Source of the DNA: Strigamia acuminata
Lineage: Eukaryota
NCBI GenBank assembly: GCA_949358305.1
Contig: OX442314.1
Location: 9,238,001 to 9,302,000 of the forward strand
Direction: 5' to 3'
Length of the DNA stretch: 64,000 bases
Of the stretch, positions 51,201-63,695 are shown piece after piece. The translations under genes were made by a program, and so were the position numbers. Under the pieces are notes generated by a model. The model did no database searches. It was not told the origin of the DNA and saw nothing but the letters and a program-made list of their open reading frames with translations. How positions within the stretch are numbered: position 1 is the first letter of the stretch; each line of letters opens with the position of its first letter.

Positions 51201-54065
51201 ATGATTTTCCTAAACTTGATGTTGTTAAGCTCCTTTGCTTTAATATGCAATTGCAAAAATTTTAATCAACTTTGCTATGATGTCCAACAACACAAAACTT
51301 TAGACGCACTAACCAGCGTGTACAAACTTTCAATATCGAAAACGGTATAGAGTAATTTCGTTGTTTTTGTTGTTCATTTAGAATTATTTTTTTTTTCGCA
51401 CGAGGTTCGGAATATTCAAAATAATGAATACCCCGTTGAGATTCATAAGGTAACCACAGATGACGGATACATCCTCGACGTGCATAGAATCCCATACGGA
51501 CTCAAGCAAGACCGTAAAGATAATGCTCCTCCAGTTTTAATCCTTCATGGAATAGGCTCATCATCGGCTCCGTTCACTTTTTTCCCTAAAAGCATTGGTA
51601 AGTCCCACTATCTAATGAATAGTTGTTCATGAAACCGAATTGTTTGGATAATCGAACATTAGATTTATACACGTATGAAAACAAAATGTCATTATAATAT
51701 AGTTAGAAAGGAATGAAACTGACCAAAAATAGATAAAAATTATCAAAAAACATTAAAAACCGATTAAAACTTCTAACAACGTCAAAATATTAATTTTTGT
51801 GGCGTCATTTTGTGTTCGGTGGCCCCGAGTCCTGCAAGTATTTTGGATCCCATTTATTGGGCCACTAATTTTCCTGAGAATTCCACTAAAATTAATTTAG
51901 TGGGAAATTCAGTAAGTGGAAAATTTAATATTTATTTAGTGGGAATTTCAGGAAAATTAGTGAGGTTTTAATTTACCCCCAAATATTTTCAGTGTTTCCT
52001 TATAAAAAATATTGTGATTTCAGCTTACAAGCTGGCCAATGAAGGTTATGACGTCTGGCTAGGAAATTTACGAAGTAGTTTTGAATATAGTCGTCACGTT
52101 AACTATTCGCAGTTGGACTCCGAATTTTGGAACTTCGGGTACAGTCAAAGAATATTCTTTTTCTGTGTACAAGTAAACTGTGACTGCTTCAATTGTATGC
52201 CTGACATGTGACATCATAACTACTCATAATTCAGAATTCATAATTCACTATTCATGATATCAACATGTCACATTTCCAGCAGCCTATTCACCAAGTGTTA
52301 TGATAAAATTGTCGGCTTCACCGCTTTGCTCCGATCTTCTAAAGGTGGAAACACAAGGAAGCGGGTAAAATTCCAAAGCTTGCTAGTACAAGTTTAAAGA
52401 GGGAATCATTTACAAGCTCACTTGACCCGCTTTTGGCTTACCAGCTTAACTGACAAACTCAAGCTAGTTAGAAATTCCTGCCAAAATTTCCTCCAAGAAT
52501 TTCTTCATGATTCTGATTGGCTGTCAAAATCACATGACCAAAACACCACCAAGCTTGAAGCTGGTAAATGAAACTCAGTTTGATCGGAGCGGGTGTGTAC
52601 AAGCTGGCTTCAAAACAAAGCTTTGAATAAAAATACAAGCTTGTGTTTGCTCAAGCGAGCGAATTTTTAGCCGCTTTTTCAAGAAAAAGGAAGTTTTTAA
52701 ATTTTAGCCGCTCCCTTGTGTGTCCACCTTAAAACAATTTTACAGACAAATACAAAACACGTGCACTCAAAAAGCAAGGCATAAGCACGACTTAAGTAAA
52801 TCTTAAAAGAAAAAAAATGTTTAAGCTCCATTTAGTTATCAAAACCCAATTTTTCTGTTGCAACGACCGAATCAGCTTGCTTTGCACCATGTTTGTCAGC
52901 ATTACTTTTAATGTAAACACAAAGTGATTAAAAAAATTACTTCCATCACAGAGTGGACGAAATGGCCTTATTTGACACACCTGCAATGATTAACTACATT
53001 TTGCTAATCACTAATCAAACTCAGCTATCCATCATGTCTATGTCTATGTCAACAACGACCACAACAGTCATGCTTGCTTTCAAACCAGAACTAAATAAAA
53101 AGGTGACATCATCATGCCATTCTTTGCTAATTACTAACATAATTAATCAGCACATTTGTAGGTGTCAAAACATGTTGCTGTAGCACCAACAGTGTATCTT
53201 GACCACTTCGTTTCTTTACTTCCAAGTCATCTAATAAAAGTAGTGTATGTGTGAATGTGAAACCGATCAGAATAATCTAATGCATCAATTATTTCCTTCC
53301 TTTAAGAAATTGGTCGATGTTGTAAAGTATCAAGACAACTTTCTCTCAGTACTCAATAAATTATCCTTTTACTTGCTACCGATTGCATGTTCACCGCTTG
53401 GATTCGTGCATTTATGCCAAGCGGCTGTATTACTCGTTGTTGGCTATTCCCCAGGAAATTACGGGGTTTGAAAACATTGTAATAAAATAAACTGGGCATG
53501 TCAGCATTGTAGATGCATTTTCAGGCTTGCATTGGGCCAATAATAACGGGTGGACTGCGAGGAACCTCAATGAAAACACTGCTCCACTTTTATCAAGTAA
53601 GTTGTTCGTTTACTTTAGGTGTAATTGGATTTATTGTGTGGTTTTTAAAATTTTTGTTTGTTTAGTAGACTAATTCATAACGTTATTTCTCAGCTTTTAA
53701 CAACAAAGCAGTTGATGCGATATGATTACGGATTAGAGGAAAATCTTGTCAGATATGGAAGTGTAAATGCAATGTTTATTTATGGTGGTTAGTTAAGTAA
53801 TCATTTTATTCCTCTTTCGTGATAGGAAATTCCACCAATTGCTGATTTAAGTCAAATCACAGTGCCCACATGCATTGTCCATAGTGCCAACGATCCCGTA
53901 GGAAGTCCACTGAATGCTGCATTGCTGGCAAAAAGAATGAAAACGGCAAAAATTGTATTAATGGAAGATACAATGATTACTCACATGGATTTTGTTGTTG
54001 GAGCATTTGATGATGATATTTTGGAGCGAATAAATCGCGTAATATCAGAGAACATTCGAACTTAA
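51201..54065 (+). CDS. Acid lipase family paralog 3; exons 51201-51344, 51405-51597, 52024-52138, 52952-53102, 53162-53239 or 53242, 53307-53465, 53525-53596, 53694-53762, 53826-54065
   Basis: Same exon structure; motifs TDDGYILDVHRIP, LHG, GYDVWLGNLR, FWNF, HSAND, THMDF. The exon 5 donor is ambiguous. Confidence 0.88.
52343..52729. mobile_element. PIF/Harbinger MITE in intron 3 of lipase 3
   Basis: Imperfect TIR of about 30 bp (AGGTGGA.ACACAAGG.AGCGG.TAAAATT); TSD TAA. Confidence 0.85.
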
Positions 54066-54437
54066 GCACATTCCACATTTCTCGGACAAATATTGGTGAT
54101 TTGTATTTGCAGTTTATAGTTTCATATCAGCAATTTACGCTGACTAGACAATGGTTATCTGTACATAAATTTCTAAAACGTAATTTTACATGCAGATCGC
54201 ACTTTTCAAGTTCATTTACTGCAAAAACTACATTTTTCTATGTACAAAAAACATTTTTGAGATTATGTATTATACACAATGAAATCACTAAGACAATAAG
54301 ACAAATGTTTAAGCAACTGTTTTACTAAAGATCAAACTGATATGAATTAAAAATCTTAATAAAAGAAATAAATTACATACAGTACATGCATTTTTCTTTG
54401 AATATTCCCCATTCTTCTGCCAAACAGATCTAATCCG

Positions 54438-54570
54438 ATTAATTTTCTAATTGATGATTCTAGGCTCCATTGTATTCACTTGCAATTACGAAAATTTTGC
54501 AAAGCTTTGTCACAATTTCAAACGTTTCAGACATGTTGGCAACCTATTCAGTCTGCAACAATTGAAAACA
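54438..54570 (+). pseudogene. Relic exon 1 of a fourth lipase paralog
   Basis: LMILGSIVFTCNYENFAKLCHNFKRFR matches the exon-1 pattern of paralog 1 (LCNCENYTEICYDIKNFR); no later exons found in the window. Confidence 0.6.
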
Positions 54571-54760
54571 TTTTGCAACAAATTTGAAACATTTTGCAAC
54601 AAATTTGAAACATTTTGCAACAAATGTGAATCATTTTGCAACAAATGTGAAACATTTTGCAACAAATTTGAAACATTTTGCAACAAATGTGAATCATTTT
54701 GCAACAAATATGAATCATTTTGCAACAAATGAGAATCATTTTGCAACAAATGTGAAACAA
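54565..54760. repeat. 21-bp minisatellite, about 9 copies
   Basis: Unit AACATTTTGCAACAAATTTGA. Confidence 0.95.
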
Positions 54761-55327
54761 TATATTTTGTAATATATTTTGCGATATATTGTAAATTCGC
54801 ATAGGCCTAGTCAGGTGAGAAGAGGGTGGAGTCAGAACACTCCAAATTTTATACTCCGTATGTAATAAATGATGATTCATTTTAATTGTGGGGTAGATAA
54901 TTGTTTTATTGCTCTTGCTTTTAGACTATTAGTTAATCCTACAGGTTATTAGGAAAAAACCGTTACCTTTACCATAGCAACCAAACTCCAAATTGCCAAA
55001 TTGCTCCTTGCCTTAGCAACGCACTGTTGTTAGGCATGGCGTGTGCCAGCCATGCACTGTGGCTTTTTCGGCCAAATTTTGGAGGAGTAATTTCTTACTT
55101 CTAAGTCTTTGTTTTTCCTTCATCCTATTCACCTAGCGTGTCACAGCTCTGCCCTAAACTGCATTGTTCTGACCGGTGATCTGCGAAAGACGCTTTGAAG
55201 ACCTGAAGACTCCTCAAAAGATTTATCTGATCTACATTCAGATACATCTTTCTCCCGACTCCCGTTGACGACCATTTGTTGCCGCCAACGTGATTCAAAG
55301 CCTGTCCTGCTCCTGAGCTGACGGTTA

Positions 55328-56179
55328 AGCTAGGTTCACACTAGACGCAACAGAAGAAAACTGACACAACGCAAGCTGCTTGCGTCCAAAAATTCTTAAT
55401 GTTGACGCCAATTCCTGCTTCAAGTTCAAGTTGAAGTAAGCAACACAATGTAAGAAAAGGTCTTGCGGCCAACCAATCACGATCGACTCCAACTCTCGTC
55501 GATTCACGTCTGGTTGGCGAGACTTTGCCACATGCAAACAGGCTGTGAAATCCAGTTAAAATAAAACAAGTGAATGTTCAAGCTATTTCGTTTCCGGTAA
55601 ATCAATGGGTTCAGGTTCAAAGTTCGGTTTTCAACTTCAAAAAGTTTCCTCGAATACAGTGGTTTTTAGTCGCTCAGCAAGAACGACTCTCTTAGTTAAA
55701 AGTAAAACGTGTACTAATTTATTTCCACTTGTAAACAAGGTTAAATACAAAATTGAGAATGACTTCTCGGAAAAAGATTCAAAAGATACAAAAAAAAAGC
55801 GGTTCAAAGACCCAATACAAAAGAAAACATCACCACATCTGGTGAAAATTACACATTCGAGGAAAAACACAACAAATCCTCAATTTTTCTCCTCAAAATT
55901 CTCAAAAACAATTATTTCTAAAAATACCAACATCAATTAAACAAACTCAAACATTTATTAAAACCCTAGTTTTCACACAGGCCGCCATTTTCAGATTCTG
56001 GGACTAGTTCTAGAACTAGATCTAATTCTTGGTTTCATTGAAACCATCTGATTGGCCAGACGCAACATCAATTATTTCAGCTCTGTTCACATGTGCCCTA
56101 CAGTGTGGACAGACTGTATTGCGTTTGACTAATTTTTCCTTGTGTTGCGTCTATTGTGAACACAAGTGTGAACCTAGCT
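55328..56179. mobile_element. Harbinger-like MITE, copy 2, split by a nested solo LTR
   Basis: Same TIR and body as 50269-50619. Confidence 0.8.
55544..55977. mobile_element. 434-bp solo LTR nested in the MITE
   Basis: TGTGAAA...TTTCACA ends; 5-bp TSD CAGGC; the empty site is visible in MITE copy 1 near 50408. Confidence 0.85.
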
Positions 56180-57325
56180 TGTAATGAGCCTGAATTACTC
56201 CTTAAATTAATAAAGAATAATTCCAAGCTTATTGATGCTTAGACAAGACTTATCATAAAAAATACTACTAATTCTAACTCAAAATGGTGGGAAAATAAAC
56301 ACAAGTTATTTCTCAAATAAATTCTAAGATGATTTATTCTTAACTTAAACTATGCTTTAAAGGAAATACAAATAATAGGAATACGTGATAAAATCATACA
56401 TATTTGACTAAATGATAAAATTAAATAAAAAATGAAAGATGAAATAATACAAAATGGCGACGTTCGCGGTGAATTTCACGGCGACGTTACGGCAACGTTA
56501 CGGCGACGTTGCGGCGACGTTACGGCAACGTTCACAAATCGTTTGCGACGTCCGATCTTCGTTTTCTACTCCCGGCGTTCGTTCCCGACGACACGGACAA
56601 ATTTCTGACTAATGATGACTCGTAGCCGGACTCAATTCCGTTCTTGAAGATTTTCTCGATGAAACGGACAAATTTCCGTGCAACTTCTCTCTCGCTTCTC
56701 ATACGAATCTTCGCGACTCGACTCTCGAATCTCGGCGACACGGACTAATTCCGACTCGGTGATGAATTCGGACTAATTTCCGTTCTTCCGACGTTCTCTC
56801 GCAACTCATCCGTTGCGACTCCAACTTGTGGCTAATTCCACACAAATATCCCTTCTCAACAATGTCGTTGAGACAAGATGAAATCTCACAATTGTATTCG
56901 TACAATTGCAAGAATGAACTCTAGCTGGATCCCTCTCAGCAAGAATGTGGCTTCCCGTGTCACTAGTTGTGGTGGCACAAGATGAATCTAGCTGGATTCT
57001 TCACAGCAAGATTATGAGTTCCATGGTGTTTCCAAATGTCACAAATCTAATGAAGAATTCTGGTATTTCTGGAGTAGATTTGGTGTGACTTGACTTGGTG
57101 AACATGAACATAAAACTGAAGAGTTCTCACTCTTCACAGGATGTATTTCCTGTTTGGAGGCTTGTGGGCTGGTTACCCTGGCAACCACCCACATTTCCTC
57201 CCACTCTGCTTAACTTCCTTGTCTGGGGACAGGAAATATAAAAAACCAAATAAACTAAAATAAAATAATATTTTCAGACTTTATTTCTGATACTTCTTCC
57301 ACTAGTGACCACTAGGGTCACTACA
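56180..57325 (-). repeat. 3' LTR (1146 bp) of element 2
   Basis: TG...CA ends, adjacent PPT, homology to solo LTR 28425-29486, internal 11-bp repeat CGGCGACGTTA. Confidence 0.9.
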
Positions 57326-57361
57326 CCTCCCCCCTTTTTAGGAAGTTAGTTCCTAACTTCT

Positions 57362-60300
57362 TTAAATCTCATCATCGATCCTCGAGGTGAAGTCCTTGAT
57401 GGGGATTTCAGACTCGGAGACCGAAAACTTCAGTAAATCTCTTGTCGGGTCAATCTTTGCTCTGGATAACCGACTAATTGATTGAGCTGGTTTTTTGTTC
57501 TGCATTAGTTTGTCTTGGGATTTCGTTGGATCATTCCTTGTCGTAACCGATTGATTCTGTCCAGTGATTGCAGATGGTGTCCTGCTCCCAGGACTAAAAT
57601 CCTGCCAACCGCTTCTTCCGGCAGCTTCCTTCAGTTGACCGGTCCAGTTGGCTCGAACAGGCAATTGATCTTCAGTTGTGTGTTCTACCAATCCGGAGCA
57701 GGCATCTTGCAAAATTTTGCCGGGGTCATCTTGGTCATTCTGGGTTGCAAGATTCATCACTTGCGTTGTCACTGCTGATTGCTGTTGCACAGCAGATGCA
57801 TTTGTGGCTTCAAATTTCAATGGCTTTTGGCGTTCCATTGTTGTGATTTCATTCACTGCAATTTTCTCAATTCCGAGCCATTGCTTCTGGATTTCTAGTT
57901 GACTGTTGGACAAATATTCCTGTTGAATTCCAAACTTGGACAATGAGAAACTTTCAACTGGCTGTTTTCCTTCAGGTGTGTCCTTAATTGTAATTTTAGT
58001 GGGCACTGTAGCTTTGCTGTCTGAATTGCCACAATCAGATTTTTTGGTCGCGTCCAATAAATTAATTTTGGAAATGTTTTCAGTTGTAATTGAGCCGGAA
58101 GCACATTTCGGTAACTCAATTGATTGAGTGCTGTGTTGCTTTAAGTCAATTCTCTGTAAAGTTTTTTCCAAAATTTTGTTTCCTTTTTCTGTTGATTGTA
58201 GACCTTGTTTTTCAATTTGACCAATTGATGTCAATACTTGGCAATCTTGATTTTCTGGTTGTCTTTTCAATCCTGTACTTGTGTGCTGTACACTGCAAAG
58301 CATCTTGCAATCATCTGATAAATCAATTTTGGACCCATTTCCAATTTCAACCACACTGACAATATGTTTCTGCCGATCAGTTGATTCGGTGTAGGGTTGG
58401 TCTGTGTGACTATGCCTCATTGCATTTTTAACTTCACTGGACTCCCTGAAGTGTTGATCAACTTGGATTATTTGATTTGGTTGCTCTTCCAATTTTTCTT
58501 TGGTGTGTAGAACTTCCTTTGCCAAATCCAGTCGCTGATAACATTCTTTGATCAAAATTTTTACTTCCTGTAGGTCCTCGGAAGTTATGTTTTCCAGTAT
58601 GTTCTTCAGAGCCTCGATGAAATATTTGGAGGGCCACTCTGGATTCTGCTGACTACATGATTTCGGTGAAGACGTGGAATCTTGTAACATCATATTATGT
58701 GTTAGACTTTTGATCACTTTTCGAAATTGTTTTCGAATAATTTTCATTTCTCAAACCAGACATTTATTTTCTGATTTCCTGGAATTTTCTTTTCGTTGGA
58801 CTTGAACTGAATACTTCGACTCTTCAGTTGGCAAAATATTTCGTTGATGTTGAAATGACTTATCCGCCATGCTGGTTACATCAAGCAGTGACAAATCTGT
58901 TGCATTAGTCTGACTCCCTTGTGATCGCATGTCCACATTTTTCAACTTGACGGATGACGTAATGTTGTCGACAGTGCTCTGACTTTGTAAAATTGACGAA
59001 GTTTCCGTAGAATTCAAATCATTTGATGCTAGTGTCGGCTGGACAATGTACTGTGGCGGAGATTCTGCTGCATCTTGAGTGGGTTTTTCTTCATCAGGTA
59101 TGGATAACGCTGGTGATGAAAAGTTGACTGAAGTTTGCTGTTTCACATGATGAGTCTTTACTTGATCTACCAATGATTTCAGGTTGACAAATGACGAATC
59201 CGTTTGGCAGTTTAAGTCTTGCTTCTTTAATGACAAAATTTCATTTTCTTTTTCTTTTTCCACCACTCTTCCCCCCTTTTTTGAAAATGGTTGAATTTGT
59301 TCATCAGTTTCAAAATCTACACTTTTTGGAAAAAGCAATGGATTTTCTTCTAGGTTTTCAAAAATCAAATTTTCTGTGTCTGATTCGATAATTTTGTCCA
59401 CAATCTGTGCGTCATCTTGGTTTTTTGTGTCCTTAAAATTTTCCGCATCATCAAGAGGTTGCACACATTTCTCAGCTTGCTCTTTGTCCAATTCTGACGC
59501 ACTTTGCATAATTTCAGCACTTTCAACAACCGGTGTGTCTTCTGCACGTTGTGAGTCGTCTGCACTTTGCACACTTTTTCCATCTTGTTGTCTACCATCT
59601 ATTTTCGTTCTTTGACCACTCAAATTTTCGAAAGCAATTGTTCTTTCGTTTGGCCAGTCTTCTCTGCATGTGTCAACTTGTGTTTGGCCAAGTTCTTTGC
59701 TTGCTGTGGACATTCTGATGTCATTTGGTTCTAGAATGGTGTCGCCTGTTGCAGGTTGGTCATGACCCAATTGAACTTGATTGTCTGACTCATGTTGGAG
59801 GTTCTGCTGGTCCATGACATCAAATAACATTTTCTTTTGCGTAGGTGACGTTACTGTTCGTTTATTCTCTCTACGATCTTCTGTATCGTCATTTCCTCGC
59901 TTTTCTGAATTTCTCGCTGAATCTTTAGTGGTCTGTTCAACTTCCGGCTGATGCATGACACTTGCTGTATTCCTAACTGGTGGACACTGCGACTGTGCCA
60001 TGTACCGCAGCTCTTGTAAATCTTGCTTTGCCTTCTTCGCGTCTTTCTGAGCTGGTGGAGATGCTTTACGACAATTTTCGTTTTCAACATTCAATGATGA
60101 CTCTATTGTCTTCCCTTCTACGACGAGTGCTTGGTGAAGGCTGTCAGTCTTTTCCATTTTTCCAGAAGGGGTCTCTTTTGCAACATCAATCGAAAATGTT
60201 TTCGTTTCTGGAATTGGGCTTTTCTTCATTTCAGACATTGTTTCTGTTCCTTGACCAGATGTAGATAACATTTTTAATGCCTTCTTGACTGCATCCATTG

Positions 60301-63300
60301 CTACTGGTGATGACAATCTTTTGGTAACTTCAGAAATTCCCAAGTCCACTGGTGAGCTATGTCTTTTCCTCCTCCTTGAGGTTACCTCAGCACTGGTCCC
60401 ATAGCTTAAAGTTTTCTGGTCATCTCTGGCTTGACGTTTCGTCTCTGCAGGACTGTCTCCAGTTTCGGTCTGTAAACGGCGACGTACTTCTTGCAACTTA
60501 AGTCGGGTTGGCGAAGGTACTGTTGATAATGCCGGGCTGTCAACTGATATTTTGGATGAAGCCGTCTTATCCGCCTTTATCAAACAATCTCTTTCTTCTC
60601 GACGTAGTTGACTTAACAATTCTTGTTCCTCTAGCTTGTCTAGACTCATCCGTCGTTCGCGGTCGTAATCTGCAGTTAACGATGCAACAAATTCTTTAGT
60701 AGAGACTGGTCTGCCAATTTGATAGCGATGTCGTCTGTCTTCAAGACTATCGTCTGCTTCTTGTATTATATTCTGCATGCGTTGCCTTACTCTTTGCAAT
60801 TTAAGTTGTGTTGGCGAGCATTCCATTGTTGCTGTCATGCTATCACTTGGTTCTATAGATAGGGTTGTCATAAACTCTCTTAACCAGCGACTTCTTTCTT
60901 TTGCTATTGAAATTAATTCAATGTTCGATGTTAGATCGATTTCACGGCGCGGAGTGGACCTCTTGCTTCCCGACAATTTTGTGAGATCAATTTCGCTTCG
61001 TGGAATGGATTTTGTACTTTCAGATAATGAACATAGTGGAGATGTGGTGTGCGATACGTGGTGTTGTTGTGACTGCACTTTGTTAGCTTCTAATTTATTT
61101 TGTTCTTCGCTTATTTGAGACTCCATTCTTATTTGCGCGAGTTTATTGTCCAATTTCGTTTCACGTTCCTTGCGCTTTTCCACACGTAATTGTTCCCACA
61201 GTTGTTGCTCTTCTAATCGGATCTGTTTTATCCGCTGCACTCGATCATTCGCCGCGGCTATCGATGCAGCATATTCCTCGCGGGAGTTTGGTTCACTTAT
61301 GTGGCAATAACATCTTCTGTCACGCCCTTCCTGTATGAAGTCTAGCATCCGGTTGTGTACTTCTTTTAACTTGAGATGTGTTGGCGAAATTATTCCTTCT
61401 AACTGTGTCAAGTCAATCCTGTAACTGGGTGAGGATCTCGTACGATTTAGCAATGAACACTTTTGACATGTGGCACGTGGTACGTATTGTTTTGGTGACT
61501 GCCCTGTTTGCATTGTTAAATCCACTGATTCCTGGGATCTCGATGAAGATTTTGCTAGATGATCATCCGTTTGTTTCAAGACAAATTCTTGCTCTTTTAT
61601 TGTGTTTTCTGGCGAACCAAGTTTATTTCCGGGAGGTGAAACTTTTTCCTCCAAGTGAAAGTCGAATTTTTCTTGTCGGCTTTCTTGCGGTTTTGGAGTG
61701 CTAGATTTATTCTGCCTCAAATGTCCAAAATCCAAATATTTTTGGTTGACCTCATTGTCACAAGCACGTGGCGGTGGTGAACTCGCACGTCTCTGTCGCT
61801 CATTTTGATATGAATCATCCTGCCGTTGATCCGACTCTCCTCGCGAGCACAACTCGTATCCGTGATGCGACTCATTGCTATGGCGTAACTCATCTCTTTG
61901 TGGGCGTTCTCGATCGTTAGAACGGCATCCCTCTTGCCTCTGAGATTCAAATTGATGGTGAGAATCGTCTTGCTGATGAAAATTGTCTCGTTGATGAGGA
62001 CTTTCCCGTTGATACGACTCATTTCGATTAGAGTAACCATACGCGTTTTGTTGACGTGTTTCTTTTTTGAAACATGATTCACTTTTCTGGCGGGTTTCGT
62101 CCTGACAACGCGACTCATTTCGCTGATTTGAGTCCTCGTATGGACGTGAGTTGTTCTTAAAACGTAATTCACTTCTGTGACGCGACTCATTTCGCGGATC
62201 CGAGTTCTCATACGGATTCCCATGTCCAGTCACATGATGATCATCGTGGTGACTTGATTTGCCACAATAACGTGACTCGTTTCGCGAATGTGAGCCCTCT
62301 TGTTGACGCTCTTTGTCACGGTAGTGCGACTCATTTCGCAAATTTGAGTTTTCGCGTTGACTTTCTTTGTCACGGTAGTGCGACTCATTTCGCGACTGGA
62401 AGTCCTCGTATTGGCAGAAATCGTCTTTGTACGAATGTTCTCGTGACGTAGAAGGACCATGTTCTTCTTTTCTGTGATTATCGTGTCGTCTTTCGTTGTC
62501 ACGTTTACTTCTTGAAGAATCATAATCCATTTTTTCTTGACGTTGCTCATCTCTGTCATATCTTGAATGACTCGGTGCACTTCGACTTAAGTGTTTGGAA
62601 TCCGAATATTTTCGGTCTGATTCTTCACGATATGCGTATCCAGGTAAAGGACTTGCGCGTTGGTTCTGCCAGTCCTGTTGACTTAAATTGTCTTCATGGT
62701 GTGAAGCATCTCTACGACGTGGATCATCAGCGTATGCACTTCCTTGTCCTGTTGAACGATGTTCGTTCCTCGGACTGCTGTACGAATAGTGATATTTCGT
62801 TATCAGGGTCGTATTAATGTCTACTACATTTCTGTGATGTAACTCATTCTTGTCTGAATTTCCATATCGAGCAGAACTGTAGTCGTTTCTCCTTTCTGAA
62901 TTATCTTTGTTCCGACAATCACGTCCCGACTCATTTCGGTTATCATGACGAATGTCGTATTTCGGTACTTCCTGATCTTGTTGATCGTATCTTCCTCCAT
63001 AGTTCTGTGGTGAAGAATAATGATGCATTTCATTTTGATCTCTTGATTGCCATGTCTTATGGATTGTTGATGTGCCACTCCTAATCTGGCTGGCTTGTAG
63101 TTGGTGGTCAGCCGTCTTGATTGTGTAATCTTGGAAAAATTTTTCTTGATCCCGTTGAACAATCTTAGAATGTTTTCTGTCATCTGTGTTCTTAATGGCA
63201 ATCGGAGACGACATATCTTCTGAGTGGCGTAACAATCCCAAATGTGGTGGCAGACTATATCTTTTCAATCTCAATGATGATTGTTGAACTTCCATCGATG

Positions 63301-63334
63301 GTCCTTGTAGTTGTTTCTTATGATGATCAGACAT
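57362..63334 (-). CDS. Large low-complexity protein of unknown function (1527 aa plus an in-frame 461 aa after TGA at 58751-58753)
   Basis: Fills almost the whole interior of element 2; RNES repeats, SPTxLKL helical repeats and [IV]DLT motifs; no CCHC, protease, YxDD or DDE motifs seen. Confidence 0.75.
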
Positions 63335-63695
63335 GATGTTAATATTAGATAGGATAGTGAAGAAAGAAACAGCTTAAGTTAGAGAAATTACTTCTAAACT
63401 CTGTTATCCTTTCCCCCCTTTTTTGTTTTCAAACAAAAACAAAAATTCCACACCTATTTTTACTACAACTCCAAATAAGAAGTTCCTCAATCCAACTAAC
63501 TCTCACAAAATAATTTTCAAAACAAATTAGGTCCCTCAACTAAATAAAAGTTGTTAAGGTTCAAATTTTAACGGGCCCCCAGGTGTAATGAGCCTGAATA
63601 CACGGTTTTCACTTAACACACTGCGCATGCGCAGATTCGCTAGCGCCATCTGGTGAGGAATTTTGTAAGCACAGTATTAGGATAACCCTGAGCAC

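Larger units (their letters stand above)
56180..63599 (-). mobile_element. LTR element lacking recognisable gag/pol motifs; 5' LTR interrupted at 63600
   Basis: 3' LTR 56180-57325; PPT AAAAAGGGGGGAGG at 57326-57339; PBS TGGGGGCCCGT at 63571-63581; 16-bp 5' LTR remnant 63584-63599 identical to 56180-56195. Confidence 0.88.

Noticed and set aside
57362..63334. Large ORF as an ordinary host gene
   Set aside because: It is intronless and bounded by PBS, PPT and LTR sequence, unlike the intron-rich host genes here.
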